Program-made: the position numbers and the translations under genes | In this document: piece after piece, positions 19,762-29,900 of the stretch | How the letters are laid out: the number at the start of each line of letters is the position of its first letter | How positions within the stretch are numbered: the first letter of the stretch is position 1 | The notes under the pieces: model-generated | Told to the model about the DNA's origin: nothing | The model's database searches: none | Seen by the model: the letters and a program-made list of their open reading frames with translations, nothing else | From: Massalongia carnosa | Taxonomy: Eukaryota | DNA length: 64,000 nucleotides | Direction of reading: 5' to 3' | Assembly (NCBI GenBank): GCA_965645245.1 | Contig: OZ287084.1 | Span: 248,001 to 312,000, forward strand

Positions 19762-22700
19762 TCATCGCGGTTTATTTGGGTTTCGTTGATGGAAGTCCTC
19801 CACCACTTCTTTTGCATTTTCGAAACCTTCGGCATCATACCATGTCAGGTCCTCGTCAATTCCCTTCCATTTAACCTTGTATTGCACCTTTCGGTACCGC
19901 TTTCGTGAATCCAGAATGTCATCAAGTTCCCATTCTTCGCTACCTTCTACGACTATGGGTGGCGGTGGCTCGTTTATCTGACCTGGGAGTGGGTCGTCTG
20001 AGGCCTTTCGAAGCAAGCTGGCATGGAAAACATCGTGAATTTTCATTGATGGTGGCAATTCTAGTTGACAGGATGACCCTACTAACTTCTTGACTCGATA
20101 GGGTCCAATCATCTTATGGTCCAATTTCTTGGACGTTCGTTCTGTCTTGATATTTCGAGTAGATAACCATACCATGTCGCCTACTTCATATGAGACGTCT
20201 CTTCGGTGTCGGTCAGCTGCTGTTATTTGCCTTTCTTGGGCCTTTCCCATATTTTGTTTGACGAAATCCCAGATTTTCTTCATGTCCTCGGTAATCGCTC
20301 GGGCTTTTCCATTGGCTAGCCTTTCCCTTGTTGATTCTGACGACAGTTCGATTGGGTCGAAACTCATCCTTGCTTCATAACCTTTCGTGGCCATGAATGG
20401 TGACAGTCCGGTAGTGGCCGATGGTGCGCTGTTTGCGGCAAATTCCGCCATTGGAAGAAGGTCCGCCCAGTCGTCCTGATTATAGTTCACGAAACTCCGA
20501 AGGTGACGTTCCATTTCCTGATTCGCGATTTCACTTTGTCCATCTGTTTCTGGATGATAGGCTGTGGACAATTTCGCTGTGATTCCAAGGATTTTACACC
20601 AGGCTTTCCAAACTGTTGATGTGAATTGGGGGCCCCGGTCCGATACTATGCTGCTTGGGAGTCCATGATAGCGCCATACGTTGTCCACTAGGAGTTTGGC
20701 TGTGGCCTCGGACGTAGTTCCTTCTTCATCACATGTGCATGGGATATAGTGTCTCTCTTTGGACAGTCGGTCTACTACCATCAGGATGGCGTCATTTCCA
20801 TTGCTCTTCGGGAGGCCGGTAACGTAGTCTAGGGTAATGTCCATCCATGGTCTTTCTGGTATGGGTAGCGGTTTCAGCAGTCCATTATACTTGTCCCTTG
20901 GGGCCTTGGCTCGTCGACACACATGGCAATTTCGCACATAGCGGCCTATGTCCTTGTTCATGCCTGGCCAATAGTAGTTCCGGCCGATTACATTCACCGT
21001 TCTAGCCATTCCGGGGTGCCCTACCGCCACTTGGTCGTGTAGTTGCCGAATAACCTCTAGGATGGTCTCTTTCTTGTCCGGCACCCATAAGCCCTTTCGT
21101 TTGTATAGCAGTCCGTTCTTCTCAGTGCAGTTCTTTATGTCCGGTAGAGAGTCGTCATCAGTGTTTCCTTCCTTTATCGCGTTTCGTATTCGGGTGCAGA
21201 GTTCATCTTCGAGGTTTTCCTGTTTGATTCTTTCGTCGAGGGTCGGGAGTTCGGGGTCGGGTTCATCGTTCCGTGTCGTTTCTTCTGGTTCCGTCGCTTC
21301 TTCAATGGGCTGAAGTTCCAATCTTTCCGGGGGCAGTAGCGTCTGCAATTGGTGCTGCTGCCTTTCATCATCATCGTCGTGGGGCTTATCGTTTGGCCTT
21401 CGGGTTAGCGCGTCTGCTTTTTCATTTTTCTTTCCAGGCCGGTAGGTGATGACGAAATTGAACTCCGAAAGGAACTCCGCCCATCGGGCTTGCCGTCTAG
21501 TTAGTTTCTTCGTGGTCATAAAATACTCCAGGCTACGATGGTCGGTGAAGATTTTCACTGGTATCTCCGTGCTTTCGAGTTCCGGCTTCCATTGTTCAAA
21601 GCATCGAATGATTGCTAGCAGTTCCTTGTCATAGATTTCGTAGTTGCATTCCGCTGGGCTCATGTTCTTTGAAAAGAAGGCTACCGGGTGAAGTTCTCCG
21701 TCGTCTCCTATCTGGGACAACACACCTCCATTGACATGGTCCGAAGAGTCCGTTTCCAAGTAGCACTGCTTGTTCCGGTCGAAATGTATGAGGATTGGGG
21801 CTTCACCGATCCGTTTCTGTAACGTCCCGAAAGCCTTTTCACATGCTGGGTCCACTCGAATATCCGTTCTTTCTTTGTAAGGGCGTTCAATGGTTTGGCA
21901 ATTTTTGAAAAACCCCTGATGAACCGACGATAGAAATTGCAAAAATCAATGAACGACCGAACTTCACGTAGGCAGGTGGGGGTTTCCCATTCCTGAATAG
22001 CTTTGATTTTGGCCGGGTCCATGCGAATGCCATCAACTCCTATGATCAGTCCCAGATATTTCGTTTCCGTCACATGGAATTCACATTTGTCTACGTCAGC
22101 CTGAAGTCCGGCCTCTCGAAGCTTTGTCAAAACGGCCCGCACATGTTCCCGATGCTCTTTCAGGTTCTTGCTATAAATCAGAATGTCATCCAGGTAGGCC
22201 GTACAGAATTTGTCCAGATAATCGAACAACACATCATTGATGAAGTGCTGCCAGGTCGACGGTCCTCCGGAAAGTCCAAACGGTAATACCTTGTATTTAT
22301 AAGCGCCAAAACGGGAGTTGAACGTGGTCAGGTCTTCAGATTCCATGGCCATTCGGAGCTTGTGGAACGCCTGTCGGATGTCGATTTTTGAAAAGATCTT
22401 AGCTTCCTTCAGCTGGGCCAGTGTTTCCTCGATCAGCGGGATTGGATAGCGGTCTTTCTTTGACAGCTGGTTCAGCCTTCTATAGTCGACACAAAAGCGA
22501 AGTCCTCCATTGGGCTTTCTGGCCAAAAGAATTGGGGACGAACAAGCTGCGTGGCTAGCCTCAATGAACCCTTTTCGGAGGTTCTCTTCCAGGTATTTCT
22601 TGACGAATTCCAGCTCTTTTTGGGACATGCTTCTGAGAGGGCTATGTCCGTGATCTTTTCCGCCTTCCAGAATGATTCGATGATCATAGGGGCGGTGAGG

Positions 22701-23591
22701 TGCCAGCGTGTCGGATGCAGCCTTTGAAAAGACATCCAGGAATTCATGGTAATCTGGGGGAACTACGGTCTTCGGGTCCGTAGGGGGACGGTCTTCTTTA
22801 TTCAGCTGGTACTCGATGTCTTTCAATGAGATGGAAAATAATTCAACGTCCTTTTGTTTGGACAATAATCGGTACGCAGCGGCCCCTATCATCGCCATCT
22901 CTAGCGGCTTTTCCTCGGTAGTCGGTTTAACCTTGATTCCGGAGTCTGATAGTCCTTCTGATAGTCCCTTGTTCGACGTCGTCTTGGTTGAAATTGCCGG
23001 TTCTGGCCTGGTTTTTCCAGGTTCGTTTTGATTCGTTCTGGTCAGGATTTTCATGACCTTCTTCGGTTCAGCGGGTTCTTTTGTCGTCTTCGTTATCTTC
23101 TTTTCTGATGGTGGCTTCGATATACCCGAATGCGTGCAGTGTCCGGGCCAAAAGATTATCTGGTCGGTGGCCATGTCTATGATCACCCCGTGCTTCCTCA
23201 TCCATGGTTTTCCGAGAATCATCTTGTGTTGTCCGAGTTTGGTGATCAACAGGGGGGCGACCGTTTCCATATGGTCTTGCACGGTAAGAGTAGGATAGAT
23301 GGCATGAGTAATGTCTTTACCTCTTTTACCATCGAACCCTTTCACCGGTTTCGGTCGTGTTAGTCTCTGAGGGGAAATCTGAAGCTTTTCGCAAACTTCA
23401 TGCGCAGTCGTTTCATCAATGAATGCGTGTCCTGTTGCACCCGTGTCCAACAGTCCCATTACTTTTATTTCTTCGCTGTTACCTAGCCTACATTGTATGA
23501 CTAGAGGTTCATCCGTAAAAAAATCGCCTGGTAAACAGCTAGATGAAATCAACAAAGGTTCACCTCCATCCGCGCCTTCGGTGGAGGTCAT
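19762..23591 (-). pseudogene. Gypsy Pol (PR-RT-RNaseH-IN-chromodomain), one frameshift near 21860
   Basis: LLDTGA, RFCVDYR, YLDDILIYS, ETDSS, YEIYDKELLAI, IVSDRGPQF, HPETDGQSE, GPY, chromodomain EEWELDDILDS...YKVKWKG. Split into two track ORFs. Confidence 0.93.
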
Positions 23592-24841
23592 TCTTTTCCC
23601 GAATCGGCTTCCTCAGCGATCTCCTGTATTCTCGCTGGCCGATTCTTCTTCTTTTCGCAGTCCCTAGATAAATGTCCCGTTTCCTTGCAAAAGAAAAAAC
23701 GACCTTCCCTTGTCAGTCGCTCCTTTTCCTCGTCTGACATGTAGTAAGTGGTCCTTGGTGTAGATGGGTTGGAGGTCGGGCGGGGCGGCACGTAGGTCTT
23801 GGTGGTGGCCGTCGTGGTTGTCCTTGTAGCGGAGGTGCTCGGGGTGCTCGGGGTGCTCTGAGCCATGCTAGCACGTTTCTCGGCGAACCGTTCCATGCTG
23901 GCCTTACTTCGGTCCGACTCCTTGAGGCTCTGGTAAAGGCGTTGACACTTCTGCGCGAATTCGTATAGGTCTGTCGGTTCCAGGTCGCCGGTGGCCAATT
24001 GTCTGCTCATTTCCCAAGAGAGCTTATACTTCAATTCACCGATTAGCGTTTCCTCGTTATGGTCCAACTCAGCTGCTAGACGTTGGAACTCGGCCCAAAA
24101 GGTGTTGAAGTCCTTGCTTCCTTGTTTGAGCGATCGGAAATTGTTCATGGCGGTCCGCTTGCGGTTAGGGTCGCCGTATATGCGTTCTAATTGGTCGAAC
24201 ATTTCCTCGGCCGTCGTAAAGGGTCTGATGGCACCTTTCCGAAGTCGAGGTTCAAGGTGACCCATAGCTTCGCCACCGACCCGGTTCTCCACGTATGCCT
24301 TCTTTAGGACTTCTGTCGGCATGTGGTCATCATTGGCCGCTAGTTTGCTCCGCATCTTCGTCAGCCAATGGTCAATGGAAATCTCTTTTCCATCGTTAAA
24401 GATGGGTGGGTCAGGGAGTTTCATGGACTTCTTCTTGTCCGTTCCATCGGTCACCTGGGTGCTGGGTGTGTGAGAAGGAGAGCGAGGGCGTGATGGTTCT
24501 CGGGTTGGTTCCTTGGTGGCCTGACGCCGTGCCTCCCTGAGTTCCTCCTTCTGGTACTCCACAATTCCCTCTAGCTGGTTTATCCTATCTCGAAAACATT
24601 CCATCTTTCCGACCGCGTTACCATGGCGGATGAGATTGTCGAGGTAGGTGGCCTTCAGATCCTGGAACATGTCGGATACCGCTTGTGGGTCATGCTCCAT
24701 CCATGCCTTCAATTGTCGCACGTTCTCCACCATCATAGGTTCAGCTACTTCTAGTTCGTCGTCAGTTTCTCGGGTTTCTGGAATGATTGACTCCCGTCTA
24801 GTTGGGAGGTCATCTTCGATTATCATGGGTCGCGCCATCAC
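23588..24841 (-). CDS. Gypsy Gag (417 aa)
   Basis: LPDPPIF, LKQGSKDF, degenerate knuckle (F)FFCKETGHLSRDC; lies between the 5' LTR and pol. Confidence 0.9.
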   Translation of the reverse strand: MMARPMIIEDDLPTRRESIIPETRETDDELEVAEPMMVENVRQLKAWMEHDPQAVSDMFQDLKATYLDNLIRHGNAVGKMECFRDRINQLEGIVEYQKEELREARRQATKEPTREPSRPRSPSHTPSTQVTDGTDKKKSMKLPDPPIFNDGKEISIDHWLTKMRSKLAANDDHMPTEVLKKAYVENRVGGEAMGHLEPRLRKGAIRPFTTAEEMFDQLERIYGDPNRKRTAMNNFRSLKQGSKDFNTFWAEFQRLAAELDHNEETLIGELKYKLSWEMSRQLATGDLEPTDLYEFAQKCQRLYQSLKESDRSKASMERFAEKRASMAQSTPSTPSTSATRTTTTATTKTYVPPRPTSNPSTPRTTYYMSDEEKERLTREGRFFFCKETGHLSRDCEKKKNRPARIQEIAEEADSGKE

Positions 24842-25388
24842 TGTAGGGGAGGCTTCCTCCGGTTCTTCTAGGTTCGTTTTCTGGGTTTTGTTCGGTTCGG
24901 TTCGGTTCGGTTCGGTGCCAACGCAGTGGCGGTCTCTGGTTCTTCTGGTTTCGTTTCGGTTCGTCGTTTTGGTTCTGGTTCGGTTTCTTTTCAGGGTCTT
25001 CGTGGTTCAGGTGAGTTCTTTTATATCCCTCACGTAGGATAGCGAAGGTAAATGATCTTGATTGTAATGTTATGATCTACCTAGAGACAAGTCATAGGGA
25101 TACTAGAAACGAATACAATCAAGATGAAGAAGAAAAGAACAATTGAAACACAAATCTCGCCCCTATATAGTCCAGCGGCCCCTAGCCCTCAATCGACTCG
25201 TGGAAGGATCTAGAAGGTTCGAGCATTGACCAGCTATGGAAACCGTGAATGCCTCGATGAGTCCAGCGCGCACACGCGATCCCGTGACTTCGACTTGTGG
25301 CTTGTTCCGCTCCGGTCTACCGAAGTAGTGCCGAGTAGAACCGTGACATTGAAGGTAGAATACGTAGAAGATGCATGTCGTTCAGGAC

Positions 25389-25804
25389 TGTTGCGGAGGC
25401 TACGGATTATAGGGGTGGAAGTAGGAAACAACAGCAAAAAGTACGTGCGATGATCAAGCTGATCCAATGGCAGGCTACTAATGATTGATTGAAAATGACT
25501 GAGGCTATCTATGGGGGCATATAGCCCATTATATACCGCTGCCTGCCTTGAGCACGATTCTCCCACTTTCTATGTGATCGGTCAGTCAAATGCTGATATG
25601 TAAGCTCGTCTTTGTCGGAGTTCCAAAGCTGACATATTTGCCTCATTATCAATCCACTGTAGAATGTTCGAATGTCTCCTAGAATATCAGACGCGGGATG
25701 TTGATGATAAATCCCAAGGTGGCCAATCCAAATACTTCCAATAGCTAGTGCGCATTGGGGTTAGTGCCATTTTCTATAAGCAGACATCTCGGCTATCCTC
25801 AACA
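25389..25804. mobile_element. Solo LTR (416 bp) in Tc1B
   Basis: TGTTG...CAACA termini; TSD AGGAC; removal restores RSGRPPKV. Confidence 0.9.
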
Positions 25805-26697
25805 AGGACGTCCTCCTAAAGTGACGTCTGAGGTAGAACAGGCCGTTTTAGACAACGTTCGTCATGATCGAAATTGTAGAGAAAAATCCTCAGCCGTTTT
25901 GGGATATGAGCACGGAGTCTCATCTACAACTATTCTCAATGTTCTTCGACGCAATAACTTTCGTCCCTGCAAATCTACCATGAAACCAGGCCTTGATTCA
26001 GCAATAAAAGAGGCTCGATTGCAATTCTGTTTGCGTTATCGTCATTGGACTCTCGATGACTGGAAGAATGTCATATGGAGCGATAAAACTAGTGTTGTGT
26101 TAGGCTCTCGAAGAGGACGAAGACTTCAGTGGCGAACTCCAAAAGAAAAATATGCTCAAACATGCATTCGACGTAGATGGAAAGGATGTTCCGAATTCAT
26201 GTTTTGGGGTTGTTTTTCGTATGAAAAGAAAGGTCCTTTTCATATATGGAAGCCGGAGACAGCGGCAGAAAAACGTGCCGCTCAAGGAGAAATCGACAAA
26301 ATCAATGAGGCATTGGAGCCTCTAGCGAAAGAAAATTGGGAATTGGAAATAGGCATGAAACGAATGGGACTGCGTACCAAAGGAGATCGAAAACCGGTCT
26401 GGAAATGGGATGAAAAGCATGGAAAAGTGGCTCGAAAAGGCAAAGGGGGCATCGACTGGTATCGTTATCAAAAAACTATTCTTCTTCCTTAACTTCTTCC
26501 GTTTGCAAAAGAACGTATAAAAGATCGTCCCGATACTGTTGTGCAGGAGAACAGGGCCTCTAGTCATGCTTCCAAACATCAAGACCTCGTCTTTATGGAT
26601 GCAGAAGTCTTGCGTTTATTGTGGCCGGGTAATTCTCCTGACTTGAACATGATCGAGCAATGTTGGCCTTGGATGAAAAGGCAAACCACACGAAAGG

Positions 26698-26901
26698 TGT
26701 AAAGGTAATCATCATAATAAGGGTGTGTAAAAGGATGTCCATTGAGATATGCGAGCAAGCTCGTCTATATACAGCTAATCTAGACTAGTCCCAATCTGGA
26801 CCTGCTCCTATCATGGAAGGACCAAAGAGTTAAGCCGGGCTTATCACGGTGATAAGCAAGTGTTAGAGTACGAAAGCATGCTATGTTATATTATCGTGAC
26901 A
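26698..26901. mobile_element. Solo LTR (204 bp) in Tc1B
   Basis: TGT...ACA termini; TSD AAAGG; removal restores TTRKGAPRNR. Confidence 0.88.
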
Positions 26902-26967
26902 AAAGGAGCACCTCGAAATCGCATTACGGCTATCAAAGCATGGACTCGGTGCTGGACAAAAACTCTG

Positions 26968-29900
26968 TGTTAGTAGCACTAGTAGATAGAACGGGCTGTG
27001 GGCACGACTAGAGGCTATTAAGGCCTTCGTCACTGTTAGGCACGGGACGCCTAGCCAGCCACGTGACCCCGAAAAGGGGCACACGCCTATAGCCCACGCT
27101 CGCTACTAGCTAATAGAACAACTTTACCATCCAACTCAAGCACTGACGTAGTCATACGTCTGGTGCCACGAGTTGGGGTAAACCCACACTGATCAGTTTA
27201 GCTATTCAGATCAGAATACCCCAATCATTAAAACCTGAAAACCTCGCTATCGCTGACGATGGCAGGTTCTCCGAGCGTTGCTCCGAGCGCCGAAAACGCG
27301 ATCGAGTCAACCGAGTCAACAAATCCCTTTCCCAACGGCATCGATCCGGAGACGGCCGATGCCGAGACAATCAAGAAATATGTTAAATATCACTTCCAAA
27401 GATACGCAGACAATGACTACGAGGACTACTATCTATGGAATATCGTCCAGGGAAACTTCGAGCACTTCAAAGAGGAGCATTTCAACAAATTCGATCGAGA
27501 CACCTGGGAACTCGTAAAGGCCTACTGCTATCAACACGGCATTTGGATCGATCACAACTACGGGCCCGGCAGGACTCGCGCATCCTTCATGAGAAAGGCT
27601 ATCAACACGGAATGGGAACTGGACTGGACTCTCGAACAAATTAAATGGGTTCAAGGACGATATAAACATCTATCCGAGAAAACCCTCGACCGAAAGCGAG
27701 AACTCATGAGCATCATCGAGTCAGATAACCTAAATCTCATCGCTGCAAACTCGCGAGGTCTATCTGCGGATCCGAGAACAAAATCGTACCAGGATACCAG
27801 ACTCCAGACCCCATTGCATCAGTCTGCATCACCAAATCCGTACATACCTCAGGCACCCCTCGCGTCGCAGTCCCCACAATTTACTCAGCAGATCTCGCAA
27901 CAACTACCTCCGAGTCAATCATCGCATCAAACGCCTCATCATCAATTTCAGGAGAACTCGACCAATCAATACGCCAAGGAATTGACTCTGCTAGAGAAAA
28001 TCTACAAGGATAACGACAAGTTTAGTGGCACGGGTGACAACTTCGGTTTCAAACTCACCATATTCCTCGACAAATGCAGGCGAGTCGGACTACCTCATAT
28101 CGCGTTCATTCATGGAGCCTCGATTATGCTTTCTGGTCAGGCATTGACTCATTACTATGCAAATCGAGGTTCCGCCGCGTCGTTTGATGATTTCTGTCAA
28201 AACATGAGGACATTCTTTGAAGGGCCCGAGTGGGAACGCTACAATCTGGCAAAGTGGCAAACCATCTCCCTGAACGATGTTATCTCGGCCAACCCCTCGC
28301 TGTCGACAACCGAGTGTCTCAGAAAGCTATGCACCGAGCTGGACACAATACAACGAGGCATCAACACGGCATATCACGGGTCAATTCATCTGCGAGAAAA
28401 CATCATTCGGGCCTGTAGGGGTCACCCAGCACTCGCGGCCGGTTTAATAAATCCACCACAGGACACACCAGGATTGGTCAATAACCTCTATGCCTCAATC
28501 GTCAATTATGAAGCGGTGCATAAGTCCGCGCAGGGGAGCTATCTAGGCGAGAATGAGGACGATGAGGAGTCTTTCTTCACCGATCGGCAGTATCGCCGAG
28601 GCGGTTTCAACCCTCGCTCTCGCGGCGGACAACGTTTCAACCGATCAAGTTATTCATCTCGAAACCAGTCTCGAAACCCGTCTCGTGGCCCAATGCGTCA
28701 AAAACGCTGCTTCGTATGCGATGAAGAAGGATGCTGGTCAACGAACCACTCATCGAAAGAACAGGAGGACTCCAAGAAGCGCTGGGGAGATAGGCATCCC
28801 AAGTACAAAAATCGCTCAGGCTATGAACGCAATCTTCGTCAATACATCGCTAATTATGAGGGCGATGATGAAGATGAAGACGAAATAGCTCACTTTTTCG
28901 GAGACCTGTCCATCGAGGCAAAAGACCCTTCTCTTGATGCAGAGGTCGCTACCGAGATGTTTCATACCTCGATTGGCACCCTTCATGCAGTTGAGTCTAT
29001 TAATGCGATCAACATGCTGACCAATAAGGCCTTCGAACATCGCATAACTTGGTCAGACAATACCATCGCCCCCGTCTCAGTGCCCTACAGTTTTATCACG
29101 TAAACCGACACTCGCTACGACGAGTCCGAGTTTAAAGGGCTACTGATCGATTCCGGTGCTGCAACTCGGTCAACCGGTGGCATTGGGCAGCTAAAGGCCT
29201 TGCAGAAGATCATCTCGATAAAACTCGACGAGACAACGGCTGGGTCAGCAAATTTCGTCTTTGGCATCGGTAGTACGTCTTCAATCGGCACGGTCAACCT
29301 GAATACCCCCATAGGAAGAATCGTCTTTCATATCGTACGAGTCAATACGCCGTTTCTCCTCTGCCTCGCCGACATGGACAAGCTAGGTGCCTTCTTCAAT
29401 AACCTAACCAATCAAGTTGTTCAGGCCCAACATACTCATCCTGTGATTCGCCGGTATGGTCATGCGTTTCTTTTATGGTGCACATCCGCATATGCCCTCG
29501 CGATTGAATCATTCTCGGAAAATCCATGCTTCTTAACTACCACCGAGCTCCGCCGACTACATCGTCGCTTCGGGCACCCATCAGTCTCGCGCCTACATCG
29601 GATTCTCGAGCGATCAGGTCATGATGTCGACCTTCGAGCCCTAGAATACCTCGTTAAATATTGCCACCATTGTCAGAAGCACGGAAAGTCGCCAGGCAGG
29701 TTCGGTTTTACCATAAAAGATGACGTCGAGTTTAATTACCACATTGTCGTCGATATTCTTTACATAGAAGGCAAGGCGGTGCTGCAGTTAGTCGACGAGG
29801 CAACTCGATTTCAAGCAGGACGGTGGCCGAAGGACATTTCGGCCAGACATGTATGGGATCAGCTACGGGCATGTTGGATCGATACCTATCTCGGCCCCCC

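Larger units (their letters stand above)
19404..25348 (-). mobile_element. Ty3/Gypsy chromovirus (Tf1/sushi-MAGGY type) LTR retrotransposon
   Basis: 5' LTR 25068-25348; 3' LTR 19404-19665; TSD TTGAA; PPT AAAGCGGGGGGTAG; gag plus pol with a chromodomain. Confidence 0.96.
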
